This document shows, in pieces, positions 38,740-51,845 of a stretch of 64,000 nt of DNA (the first letter of the stretch is position 1; each line of letters opens with the position of its first letter). Both the position numbers and the translations under genes were made by a program. Source of the stretch: Octopus vulgaris. Its lineage: Eukaryota. The stretch is taken from NCBI GenBank assembly GCA_951406725.2, contig OX597816.1, positions 6,448,001 to 6,512,000 on the forward strand, given 5' to 3'. The notes below the pieces were generated by a model. That model was not told the DNA's origin, made no database searches, and was given only the letters and a program-made list of their open reading frames with translations.

Positions 38740-39560
38740 AATCTACAGTTCACGCTGAAGAAATAACAGATATGCCACACTTCTGTTTACAATAAACATA
38801 AATAAATATTCATATGCATAAAAATATGGCGAATATTTACCTCATTGCAAAAGCCCATTGGTAAAAGCCGTCCTTAGAAGATCATTGAAATTTTCCTCCT
38901 CAAACGAAGCCTCAATATGAGTAAAACCATAGATTAAAGACAGGTTAATCAACAAAGGGTGTTCAAACAAATTAATAGATCAAGTCAAAGAACAATAAAT
39001 AAATAAATAAATACAATAAATATATCAGACATCTCAGCACTTATTAAAATACATAAACCATATATAAAGCTCATTATAAAATTCCAGGATGAATAGATAA
39101 CCACGCTATCGAAAACCGCAGAAAACTACTTAAAATATGTTACAATAAAAAAACTATGAATAACAACATGCTTTTCACCAAGTGGTCAAGCTACAAATAT
39201 TACCAGTGTCATTCATATATATTATTAAAAACATGGAAGTTGTAAACATCATGACTTCAACTGTTACATTATCTCTAGAAGTACAATACTCACACACCTA
39301 TTCACCCGTGCAATTATAAGTGTAATTACAGCGTAGTATAACACGCAACACAAAACACAACTGGATATAAAATCATCAGTGGACAACCTGTCTATACTCA
39401 AGAGAATTTCTTTCGAATAACAGGCGATTAATGATAGAAACAAAACACAGCAGACAATCCTAAAATATACAAAAAAGCAACAGACAATAGCGACTAACAG
39501 AAGTGAACTCCCGACTGATGACAGATAAATCTAACGGTCAAATTTCAAATTCCGACAGTA
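38740..39560 (+). mobile_element. Highly decayed Penelope-like element (RT thumb region)
   Basis: LVKAVLRRSLKFSSSNEA..IKDRLINKGCSNKLID resembles the PLE motif L..RA..ICS...E...I...L..NGYP; stops present. Confidence 0.35.
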
Positions 39561-40144
39561 ATATCTAGGTTATCACGTTGGCTTCACCCTTCATAAAGCG
39601 GCAACACAGCAACATCATAGAGAAGATGAGACAAAAACCTTAAGGGTAGATCTAAGGAATTGACTCTTCCAAACAAAGTGCAAAGAACCCAGACGAAAAT
39701 ACGGATAGCACACTTGATGGAAATTATAAAAGTAGTAAACAGTTTGTTTTCAAAATGTCTAAAAGAAAAGAAAATTCGCTGATAAATAACGTAAAGGTCA
39801 CGAATATCATAAACAGATGCATCGAACAATTCTCTTTGCACTAAATTTTCCAGTTGAGTTATATAGATGCCCCTTTGTCAATTGCGACGTAGTAAATGTA
39901 GTTCAATTGCGACGTAGTAAATGTAGTGAACCAGTGACCCGTCGCTAAGAAACCTGTAACTATCAAAGACATTCTTCAACATCTTTGATATAAAATATAG
40001 CAAAAACCTCGTAAAAATTACCGAAGATATCCAAAGATGGCACTAAAAAATTGTATAACTCCTAGATGTCATATCCCCGGTCTCAAATATACGCAGAAAT
40101 GCTACTTCAATATCCCAATATATCTGGAAGTTGATAGCTAGGAT

Positions 40145-40360
40145 ATTGATTTCAAATTTTGGCACAAGGCCAGCAATTTCGGGAGAGGGAGTAAGTCGGT
40201 TATATAGACCTGTCTTTAACTGATACTTATTTCATCGACCCCGAAAGGGATGTAAAATAAAATCGACCTCAGCGGAATTTGAACTCACACCGTAGAGACG
40301 AGCTAAATGCCGCTAAGCATTTTTCCCAGTGCGGTAACGATTCTGCCAGCTCGCCGCCTT
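40145..40360 (-). mobile_element. SINE-B (B2 tail)
   Basis: Reverse complement of the 4688-type element. Confidence 0.8.
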
Positions 40361-40482
40361 ACTTGGTTTCTATAATATTCATAACAGATTAATAACCTCG
40401 TCTGTAAACGGAACTGCAACTTCTTGTATCATTGGGTCAGAAAAATGGTTATTTTGTCTGAAAATATACTCAATGTTCTTAT

Positions 40483-40890
40483 TTACTCTTTTACTGTTTT
40501 ACTTGTTTCAGTCATTTGACTGCGGCCATGCTGGGGCACCGCCTTTAGTCGAACAACTCGACCCCGGGACTTATTCTTTGTAAGCCCAGTACTTATTCTA
40601 TCGGTCTCTTTTGCCGAACCGCTAGGTGACGGGGACGTAAACACACCAGCATCGGTTGTCAAGCAATGTTAGGGGTACAAACACAGACACACAAACACAT
40701 ACACATACATACATATACATATATATACATATATACGACAGGCTTCTTTCAGCTTCCGTCTACCAAATCCACTCACAAGGCATTGTCGGCCCGGTGCTAT
40801 AGTAGAAGACACTTGCTCAAGATGCCACGCAGTGGGACTGAACCCGGAACCATGTGGTTGGTTAGCAAGCTACTTACCACACATCCACTC
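40483..40890 (-). mobile_element. SINE family A
   Basis: Reverse complement copy. Confidence 0.9.
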
Positions 40891-41321
40891 AATGGTCTTA
40901 TGTAGATTTTTGATACGTATAATACAAAGCAATTGATAGCATTTAAATACAAACACAGGACTAAGTACCGTCTGGATAATTCTGTTCCACTTACAGACTC
41001 GAAAGTTTGCATGTAGACAGTACCGTAATAGTAGCAGAAATAATCTTTCTTAGATTACATGATTCCAACTGACCTTCGACTGACCGCTGGCATTGTGGCT
41101 GACAAGTATGTCCGTTATGAATTCTAAATGAGCGTTATTCTCTTGATTAACGTCATACTTAAAAGATTTGGTGCAAAAGAAGCGTTAAGCGTGTACTATC
41201 TTTGCACAAAGGAATGTACATGGGTGTGCGTTTGCGTGTGTTTGTATATGTATGTGTATACATAAATACATATATGTGTGTACGTGAGTGTGCGTATTTA
41301 TGTGTGTGTGTGTATGTGTAT

Positions 41322-41490
41322 AGGCGCAGGTGTAGCTGTGTTGTAAGACGTTTGCTTCGCAACCACATTGGTCCAGGTTCGTTCCAACTGCGTGCCACCT
41401 TGACCACGTGTCTTCTACAACAGCTCCGAGCCAACCGAAGCCTCCTGAATTTATTTAATGGATGGAAACTGAAAGAAGCCCGGCCTATAC
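41322..41490 (+). mobile_element. SINE family A 5' half, diverged
   Basis: GGCGCAGGTGTAGCTGTG head through GGAAACTGAAAGAAGCCCG. Confidence 0.7.
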
Positions 41491-43521
41491 GAGTGCGTGT
41501 GTGCGCCCGCACGGATAGAGAGAAAGATGGCGGGAGAAATGTATATGGTCGATGACTGGAAAAGACAGAGGATAGCGACTGCGTCTCTTCGTCCATCTTC
41601 GATCTCCTAATTAATCTATGGATATTAGTCGATTGATTATGAGAAGGTGCTGCCTTACCTAAGAGCTTTCGAATCTGACTAATTATAAATTCCTATTATT
41701 TATTACCAGCTGACTGCAGTTCTGTTTGTTTCTTTGTGAAATTCACCGGTTTGCGGAAATACAATTCTGTCAGGATATAATTCATATTCATTTTAATATA
41801 TATATATATAGATTGAATTGTTTTTACATCATTTAATCTACATATTATATCAAGATATATCGCTCTAAACCTAGTTTACAGACCATTCTAATAGATACAC
41901 TTGCTTTGAAATATATTCCTGGTGTAATTTGATATTTTATATTAATAGTTCTAAATACAGATAACACCGTACTTGAAGACACTCTACTTTACAACCTATT
42001 TTACATATAAATCCGGCGAATTTTGTTCGCTTTTGGCTTATGGCATTGTCGTCGCAAATGTACATATACTGAGTAAACTCGAATCTTTCATATATATTAT
42101 CCGTTGGCAGCGGTTTTTCTTATGTCTCTGTGTACGCCATACAGTTTCTAAAAACACGATTCTATTCCTGCATGCATCGAGTTCATTTTAATATATACGC
42201 CTTGAGGAGTTGTTTTCTTAATCCAGTCAGTCAATATTATATTGATATAAACCTAAAGTTATATTGATCTAAACCTCGTTTATTGAGCAATCTAATGGAC
42301 GCTAGCTTCGCAATGCATCTCTGACGCAGCTTGATAAATTACTGTGTGTCTGTATGTATGTGTGTTTGTATGTTTGCGCGTGTGTGAGAGTGTGAGTGTG
42401 TGAGTGTGTGTGTGTGTGTGTGTGAGTTTCTGTGTCTGTGTGCGTGTTAGTTTTTTTTTTCTTTCTCATGCTGTCATTCATGTTTGTTTTTGCTCATCTA
42501 ATTTAGTATCACAACAGCAAAAGCGTTTGATGAAATCTAAATAGCTACATATTCGGCAAAATGTCTAAGATTTCACCATCTCAACGGAATACAAGAATCA
42601 AGAGAATTAAAACGGTGTCGTTAACGAGATACTGTTGACTGCATCAATTCCTGGTGTTTTAACATCAAACAGAGATGTAGTACAAGGAGGAAGGGAGGGG
42701 AAACGGAAGTGCAAGGTAAGAAAGAAAGAAAGTAAGAAAGAAAGAAAGAACCGTGTAGAGACTTGTTAAGAAGGGGGGGGAGTTCGTAAGAACATGCAAG
42801 TTAGTTGTACGGTATATTGCCAATAGCAATTAAAGAAATGAGCTAATTGCCGACATTTCGTGTGAACACGAATACTGCCGGAACATATGACGTAAAAGCA
42901 AGGCTTATGACTGGGCATTGGTTGTTGTTGCTGCAGCTGCAGTGAATGAAATAACAACGTTGTAGGTCATTACAATAGCAACAACAACAACAATAACAAC
43001 AACCACAATGGGTCTATGTCTCGTCACTGCAGACGGTATTATTGTGAAGTATTGATCAAAGATCAAAGAATGTTTTTTGTTGTTTTTTTAATTTTTGTTT
43101 TTTGTTTTTTTGTTATTACTGGTTTAATGTTATGAATAAACATAGAGTGGAGTGAAGAAAACGGTGTCTGTTGTTGTAGAGTAAACAACAATGAAAGCAA
43201 TGGCGGGATAATTAAGAGTAAACAGTGAGTATAGGTCTACTAATTCTGTTGTTGTTGTAGTAGTAGTTGTAGTATGTCAGTCGTCACCTGGTACATAGGT
43301 AAATCTTCCGAAATCAATAATTTGGTAATAACGAGGTTGAAGAGCGAAATTATCGTTTTAACAATGTCCCACGAGAATGGTGAAGAAAAAAAATCATTAA
43401 AAGGAAAAAAAAGAACATAGATTATCATTTACACACACATGCACACACACACACTTACATATACACATGCACACTGGGACGCACGCACACGCACGCATAC
43501 ACACAGATACTTTGGGGATAC

Positions 43522-43749
43522 AGGGCGGCAAGCTGGCAGGAACGTTAGCGTGCCGGGCGAAATGCTTAGCGGTATTTCGTCTGCCGCTACGTTCTCAGTT
43601 CAAATTCCGCTGAGGTCGACTTTGCCTTTCATCCTTTCGGGGTCGATAAATTAAGTACCTGTCACGCACTGGGGGTCGACGCACTGGGGTCGATGCAATC
43701 GACTTAATCCGTTTGTCTGTCCTTGTTTGTCCCCTCTCTGTGTAGTCCC

Positions 43750-43752
<3 letters not shown>
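43522..43752 (+). mobile_element. SINE-B (B1) ending in (TG)n; D-type SINE head follows at ~43835-43975
   Basis: B head and body motifs; small internal duplication GCACTGGGG(G)TCGA. Confidence 0.85.
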
Positions 43753-43838
<86 letters not shown>

Positions 43839-44280
43839 GGCGCATGGCTTAGTGGTTAGTGGGTGTTCGGCTCAGAATCAGGAATGATCTTGAGTTCGGT
43901 TCCTGAAAGAAGCAGAGCAATGTGACCTGGAGCAAGATACTTCTTTTTAAGTGGCTCCAACCTACTCAGCTAAAACTAAGACCCAGCCGAGTGCTGGTGC
44001 AGCTCATTCTCCCTCCATTTATCATATCTTAGCTGTTCCAATGTGTCAAGAGTGAGGAGGGGGTCGAAATGGGGTTTCTGTCTGCTCAAAACTACGGAAT
44101 CACCGAAATAACGGAAAAATGACACGTGATACCAAGCGAAACTCATTTGCGAGTAATGGTTGCCTTTTAAATATGCATGCATGTACGTTTGTATATATGT
44201 ATGCATGTATGTATGCATTCATTTATATATACACACGACCGTGTGTTTGTGTAGAAACGTAAATGAATACACAGGAAGAT

Positions 44281-44500
44281 AAAGGCATCGAGCTGGCAGA
44301 TTCATTAGCACGCCGGACGAAACGCTTAGCAGCATTTCGTCCGTCTTTACGATCTGAGTTCAAATTTCGCCTAGGTCGATTTCGCCTTTCATCCTTTTGG
44401 GATCGATAAAATAAGTACCAGTTGAACAACGGGATCGATATAACCAACTTACCACCTCCTCTGATTTTGCTGGTCTTGTGCCAAAATTTAAAACCATTAA
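44281..44500 (+). mobile_element. SINE-B (B2 tail)
   Basis: B head, body and TTGTGCCAAAATTTAAAACCA tail. Confidence 0.8.
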
Positions 44501-44571
<71 letters not shown>

Positions 44572-44671
44572 CATGCATGCATAAATATATACATGCATAT
44601 ATACATACATACATACATACATACATACATACATACATACATACATACATACATACATACATACATACATA

Positions 44672-44960
44672 CAATTTCAGGTTTATACCTGTAATTATTG
44701 GGACCCTGGGATATGTAACACACTGCCTAAATACCAATCTTGAGAAATTAAGCTTCTCAAGACCAGAAAGAAGAAAGCTAATTTGAAGACTACAGATCTA
44801 ATCCATCACTGGAACTGTAAAAGTCTGTAAAACTTTCCAGAAGTTCATCATTTAAATATATATGAGCATGGCTAGATATGCAAGTATATGCATGAGAATA
44901 CACACATAAAACAAAACGTACAAATCTGCACATACATACATACATACATACATACATACA

Positions 44961-44994
<34 letters not shown>

Positions 44995-45262
44995 CATACA
45001 TACATGCATGCATGCATGCATGCATGCATACATACATACATACATACATACATACATACATACATACATACATACATACATACATACACACATACATACA
45101 TACATACATACATGCATACATACATACATACATACATATATACATACATACAAAAATACCCTGTTATTGATGATAAAATTGCAATGAAGGAGCCTTAAAT
45201 CTAGGTTAGAAACTGGCTCATTTTCTATTGGCAAGAAATCTTGAAATAAAACTGAACAATGA
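44672..45262 (+). mobile_element. REL-type (R4/NeSL-like) LINE 3' fragment embedded in (ATAC)n
   Basis: NFRFIPVIIGTLGYVTHCLNTNLEKL...RLQI.SITGTVKVCKTF resembles the REL-LINE C-terminus (IPVIIG.LG...LQ.....GT..I); ATAC arrays on both sides. Confidence 0.6.
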
Positions 45263-45771
45263 TATACATACATGCATGCATATTCACATATAGTCATATA
45301 TGGACATATATACTTGCAAATACACGTACACACGTACACGCTTATACACACACATATACGTGTGTGTGTGTGTGTGTGTCACTGTTACATGTATGTTTGT
45401 GTGTCTTTGTTATTTGTGTCTGTGTGCTTACCTTATTAACCAGTCACTATTGACTACGTTTACCAAAAAGACAGGGGCGAAGTCTAAATAGTAATTTTGT
45501 GGGTAAAATAAGCACTGAGCCCGCTGTGATCAACTAGAGATCTCTAACAGTGATACTCGGGTATGGCAGCTGTGCAATCCCTAAAACTGTGATGGGAACA
45601 GGTTTGGCTTAAGAGACTCACTTCGGAGCAGCGTATCTTCCGCTTCAGCACCACTGCGTCGCCCTTTGGGCATGTTTTTTTATTTTCTTCTACTGTAACC
45701 CCGAAACACCAGTGCATTGCGATTGAATTTGGGTCACGAAAACTGTGTAGAATCTCGTCGTGTGTGTATAT

Positions 45772-46059
45772 ATATTATCCAAAATGTATAGTATTAAATA
45801 TCCATCACGATTGGTCTTACCAATTGGTTTTGCGTAAAGAATACAATGGAATGTTAAGTAAAAAAACGATTATATAACTTGACGTTTACCAGAGTTAGAC
45901 TATATGGAAGGGAATATGGTGTCTGCAGTCGCTAACTCTGATGAGCGTAAAGTTATATAATCGGTTTGTTGTCTAACAGTCCATTGTATTTTTTGTACAA
46001 AACCGATTGGTAAGCCCAGCCGCGATGGATATTTGATGCTATACATTTCGGATACTATA
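45772..46059. mobile_element. ~290-bp imperfect palindrome (MITE-like) between SINE-A remnants
   Basis: TATCCAAAATGTATAG...CAGAGTTAG pairs with CTAACTCTG...CTATACATTTCGGATA. Confidence 0.75.
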
Positions 46060-46753
46060 GTCTTCTACCGCAGTCTCGGGCAAACCAAAGTCTTGTGAGT
46101 GGATTTGGTAGACAGAAACTGAAAGAAGTCCGTGCGTGTGTGTGTGCTCTGACACCTATTTCCTCTCTTCACTCCTACCCAATTTCTCTCCTCATTGATA
46201 CCTTCTCCATCCACACCCCAACCCCACACACTACCACACATCCCACTCCTATATACCACACCCCTACCCCTACATCCTCACCCACACTCACATCCCCACA
46301 CCCCACACCCCACCCCACACAACTCCACATACACTAGCACTGACCACTTCCCAGCACCCACACCACACACCATTATCTCACACCCACACACTATCATCCA
46401 CACACCCACACATTACAGACGCACACATCCACACGTCAAAGTCACTCGCCCCTATCCACACACAAATTTACACACTCACGCGCATCTGCGTTTTAAGATC
46501 ACCAGTACTTTATTATCTCCCCTCCTTCCTAGCTCTCCTGTCAAACTATTTTTCCCAACCTGTCGCCATGATTGATCGCTAAATCAACAAGTTTTTTTTT
46601 TATTCTCTCTCTGTTTATTTCCTCATATTCCTTTCTGTTGAAGAGCTCAGGCTCGAAACATAAAAGACTTTCTCAACTTCCCGAGCTTTGAACTAATACA
46701 TCTGCTTGTTATTCATACACCTGTCTTTGTCTTTTGTTTTTTCTGTAAATTTC

Positions 46754-46826
<73 letters not shown>

Positions 46827-47321
46827 TTGCAGATTATTATCATGCAGTATACGTTATACTGGACCATGGAATCGATTCCTTTGATAATAATAGTCTCTCA
46901 TGTATTTCAAAATAGACACATACTGATTTCTCTTGTGTTATAGACTTATTACTATCTCTGATCTCTTGATGGGGCATTTTGTTATCCAGGTGAGGTTAAT
47001 GCTTCTCCAGAAATCTACGTAAAATCAAGCAAAGGTGCTCGACGTGTAGTCTCCATCCAAACTGCATTCACCTTGGGTCACCTGCATTATCGTTTGACAG
47101 ACATACCATCCTAGTGAAACACCCCGACCGACACTGTTCTCCAGAAATAACTGGACACTTGAGAAAGGATACCGGATAGCGAGCAGAATACCGACAGTTC
47201 ATGCGTTATCACTTGAGCCGTATTTTATTTGTGACTTCAGCATTTACGTAATTCTCGATGGTCAGGTTTCACAACAAACTAACATTTTATGATGAAGCTG
47301 TATAATTATCCTAAGCAGCAA

Positions 47322-47670
47322 CAGCAGGAGGATCGCGGTTTCGATTCCCAGACCGGGCGTTGTGCGTGGTTATTGAACAAAAACACCTAAGAGCTCCACG
47401 AGGCCCCGGCATGGGGTGGTTGCGACCCCTGTTGTACTCTTTCGCCCCAACTTTCTCTTACTCTTTCTTCCTGTTTCTTGTCCCCGACTTCTTCCTACGC
47501 AACCGCTGAGCCTGAATGCACATTCATCCATCTGTTGATGCTCTCGGTGTCGGGGGTTGACCTGCTTTCTCTTCTGCGGGTCTTACGAATAGCAAAGGAC
47601 CACGTTTCGGACTTCTCCCACTACAGGGGCGCGATCTTGCGAGCTCTGAGGCGAAGGCCGCTTCGCTCAA
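47322..47670 (+). mobile_element. SINE with C-type body and a third tail type, ending in (CAA/CAG)n
   Basis: GGATCGCGGTTTCGATTCCCAGACCGGGCG matches the C head; sequence diverges after ~47478. Confidence 0.7.
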
Positions 47671-48435
47671 CAGCAACAACAACAGCAACAGCAGCAACAA
47701 CATTAACAGTAGCAACAACACTAACAGCAGCAACATCTGCAGCAGCACACTACACTTTATGAACGCCTGCTTCTTTGTGCAGTGAGGTCAATTCGCATCA
47801 ATCCTCAAGGAAGAACTACCCGTGATAGTACAGTCTTTTATCCAGGAGCAGATTTTCCCCTCATTTACATAACCTGGAGTCGAACGCCAATAGTAGAGAT
47901 CATAAGGATCCATACTTTCCGTATGATGAAAAAATATATATAGCTCTTAGCTGAGATCCACTAAAAATACCTCGATAGATTTATCCATTAAAGTTTGCGG
48001 ATGTTAATACGACAATAGCTTGTTTTCAGTCGTGTATTATATTCACATAATGATGTGTTTAGGACAAATAGCTCGCTCGAGCAGATGGGGTTTATGCTTG
48101 GCTAATCTTTCTAACGATCTGTTTCAAATGTCAGTTATGATTGATTATAACGTCTCCATTTTCCCACTATGTTCTCGACAACATTGTGAAGCAGACATTT
48201 TTTCACTCTCTAACAATTCATGTACGACATTTTACCATTGGTTTTGTGATTAATTTACTTTCTGGCGCTTCTCGTTGGAAGATCCACTAACAAAATGACA
48301 TACAAATAACAAAACAATACACACACACGCATATGGATGGGGAAGGTACGTATCCGTGAGAATGCGTGTGTGTGAGTGTGTGTGTATAATCACTTGTTGA
48401 ATTCGTTACAATCAAGGTAATTTAAAATTCTATCT

Positions 48436-48532
<97 letters not shown>

Positions 48533-50274
48533 AATTTATACATTCATGCATATATACACATGTACAGGACCGGATTTAAACCATGGGGGCCCGGGGCCCC
48601 TTATAGACAAGAATTAAAATCTTAGAAAATTACCAAATAAATAAATGAATGACTGAAAACGTCGCTTTAGAAATACACTTTTTCAAAATTCAAATTTCGT
48701 TTCTCATTCATCCTCTTGCAGTGTTTGATTTTTCCTTCATTATGAAAAGCACAACGAAGGAGAGAAAAGTGGGGTAAGAGTTTTTTTTTTTTTCTTTCAT
48801 GTGAGTTACTTATGTATCAGAATGTAGAATGAGATAAAAAGACAAAAAATTACGAAAAAGAAAAAATCATTTTTGTGGTTGTAACGGTTCCAAGGGCATG
48901 ATGCGTGGGAGTGGGGGTGTACGTGTGTGTGTGTGTGTGTGTGAGAGAGACAAAAACGGGGAAACTCAATTTCTGAAGGTCTGTTTTTCTAGTTTCCACT
49001 AAGAGTAGGTGGGCCACAATGAGTAACTTTGAAGAAAATACATTTTTTTTATAAATGTTCACTACTTTGCCAAAACTATATCGGCGAAATGAAGATCTCT
49101 AAACGCAGTTAAAACGTATAACATATTCAAAACACTTTCAGAAAATTATCACTGTTCTGTCAGAGCATATAAAGGACGTTTCTAGGCGGGGTAAAATGGG
49201 TAAGATAAGAAAAGACAAGACATACCTTTCCAGTTTTTCAGAATAAAGTTTGAAAACAAGAGTCGTAGACATAAACATCCATCCTTAGACATAAGTAAGA
49301 TCAGAGATGCAACAAAATTTTAAATACCTTGATCAAATGAAAGAGGATTATGGGAAAATAGCACATGATATGATATTAATGAAACTCCGCTAAACCTAAA
49401 AGCTCAACATAGAATATTCTTTATAGTTTCTTTACCAAAAGTCATCCACATGTTTTATTCGTTACCTCAGTTACAATCGGTTCAAATTCTCAACTTCAAC
49501 AACAACAACCATGTAAATTATGCTGACCAAGGTGATGCTCCAGCATGGCTGCAGTGCAAAACTGAAACAAGGGAAAGAATGTAGCTACAAATAAAAAGAT
49601 ACAAATGTTTAACACGAAACTCGCATTCAAAGCGACTTTGAAAATAACCAAGGCATTGTAACAGATAAGAAGAACAGGAAGCGTAGATTTAATGATACGA
49701 ACGAATACATTGCAAAGATTTACAATTTATTCAAAGACAGAAACAAATTTTAATGACTCAGAAAGGTAACAGTTCTTAATACCTGCAGGAAATGCAAATT
49801 TATAATTATGGTGTTTGGATACAGAAAGTTCTGTTCGCCAAACACGCGAAGAATGATATGTAGAAAAGGTTTAGGTAATCGACACCTTCCATGCTGACTG
49901 AAGTCTCCGATCGAAACAACGCTTAAATTCAAGAGAGAAAGAAAAACTCTAGCAATTAATTTCGTTTTGGGATTTGGTTTGCAAGATTCTTTATATGAGT
50001 TCGTGTGTTGAAGCATATTCTGCTGTGTCTGGGGAGAGTCATTTTCTTTTTGTGCCTTAGAGAGTCAAAACTATTGAAAAGGTTGCAAGACGCAACGAAA
50101 ATTTTAGGAAAATAAAAATAAGAAAAAAGTGGAAATTTTACCGGTGAGTGTGTTACATTATAAGGCACAAAAAGAAAATGACTCCCCAGACACAACAGAA
50201 TCTAACAATTAAGGAATTAAGAAAATAAGAAACGAAATCTGGAGAAGATGAATCTAGAAAATTGTGAAGAAACC

Positions 50275-50324
<50 letters not shown>

Positions 50325-50757
50325 ATCAATGATATTAGAAAGATACGTTCAAAGTAATGGCGATAAACTTTCTTTATATTCAGATAAAAAAAGGCGTGGT
50401 TTGTCCCAAACATAGAATATTGCTTATCAGGTTTTTCTCTTGCTGTGTAGCGCTGGAAAGTCAATATTTGTCTCCGATTAAGAAGTCTGTGATCGCATTC
50501 TTTTATAACTGCTTAAGATATAACTCGTCACTGACAAGGAATTAAGGTCAGATGGGAGTTCTTTTACAATATCTTTCGGTACCTTTTTCTGCTTTAACTT
50601 TGTTCACTGTCGTTTCTTTTTTTTTCGCTGTGGAAATCTTTTCCATAAATTTTTGCGTAGTCGTTAAACCTAATCCTCGGCACCGTATTCTTCACCGCGA
50701 GGAGAGTGGATAACTGTGGCAATTCTAGAGCTTATACATTCTAGAGCATCGGTTTAA

Positions 50758-51372
50758 CGACTACGCAAAAATTTATGGAAATTTATTAATAACATTGGTA
50801 GTGTTGAGGGTAACAACAATAACGATATTATTGTCGGGGGTATTGCTGGTTGTAGTACAATTAATATTACTAATAATAATATAAATAGTGTAGTTGTTAG
50901 CGCTAATAATAATAAAAACAACAATCATAACAATAAAAACTTCGTCTCGATCTCGGAGGATAACCCTAACAGAATTAAATTTTTGTCTAGTAATTCCAAA
51001 ATTAAGAATTCCATTTACCAGTGTAGAATTTCTTCCGGTACCGATGTTTTCTTCTTTATAGGAGCGTCCACTTCTCAGTTATCCAAGAGAATTTCTAACC
51101 ACTATTCGACATTCAGGGATAGGAAAAAACGACATAGTACAGGGCTAAGTAAATTAGTTTGGCGTCTTAAAGACAACAATATAATTTTCAAGTTGGATTG
51201 GTTCATATTGTCTGTATCCTTTCCATTTGATAAGGGCAGGGGATTTTGTAACATTTGTAACTCTGAACTCTTCCATATTCTTTTCGCTAAGGTTCCCCTA
51301 GTAAACACACTCATGGAAAAATCGTACAAATGTAAACATTGGCAGAAACACACTTTCTACTCATATAAATGA
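50758..51372 (+). CDS. Penelope/Neptune-type GIY-YIG endonuclease domain (5'-truncated frame)
   Basis: NSIYQC...FFIGAST..LSKRISNH..F......STGLSK.VW.LK....W.IL...CNICNSE...N......C.H: GIY-YIG plus Neptune-like C-terminal CxxC/CxH; frame stop-free from 50758. Confidence 0.75.
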   Translation, partial: RLRKNLWKFINNIGSVEGNNNNDIIVGGIAGCSTINITNNNINSVVVSANNNKNNNHNNKNFVSISEDNPNRIKFLSSNSKIKNSIYQCRISSGTDVFFFIGASTSQLSKRISNHYSTFRDRKKRHSTGLSKLVWRLKDNNIIFKLDWFILSVSFPFDKGRGFCNICNSELFHILFAKVPLVNTLMEKSYKCKHWQKHTFYSYK

Positions 51373-51845
51373 TAACGATAGTCACTGTGGTTTTAACAAT
51401 TAGCTTCACGTCAACCCCACTATTATAGAGAAATTCTTTCCTAAGCCTTCGAACATTCTTTCAATCAACGTACACTTCCCTCTCCACTTGTTCCCTACCT
51501 ATTACTCCTTTATATCTTCCCTTACTACTGCCTATCTTTGACGTCTGTCTCTCTCTCACACACATAATCACACACACAGACACAAATACAGTTATATACA
51601 CACACACATACACACACACACACACACAAACACACGCACTCATTAACACAAGCACACACCCACACACTTCCATATATACAGCAAATATACTATCCCCGAC
51701 CTATTTTTACTTCCTCCTACTATCCATTTTTGACGTCAATGCTTCTAACGGATTTTTTAAAAAGAAACACTCATTATCGCTTTGGTTACCATGTAGGCAA
51801 TCATCGAAATTTTTGTTTGTCTTGTTGTCGAGAGAGGCTCCTTAT

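Noticed and set aside
39510-39545. CTGATGACAGATAAATCTAACGGTC as a decayed PLE hammerhead; similar partial strings at ~49897 and ~52087
   Set aside because: GAAA or stem II closure is missing; too degenerate to call
42672-42720. Small plus-strand exon (CAG|...CAAG|GTAAGA) or ETS-type GGAAGTG site
   Set aside because: Short motifs like these are expected by chance in 64 kb; no supporting ORF or partner exon
48565-48605. hAT-like terminus CAGGACCGGATTTAA...GGGGGCCC
   Set aside because: No matching opposite TIR or TSD was found
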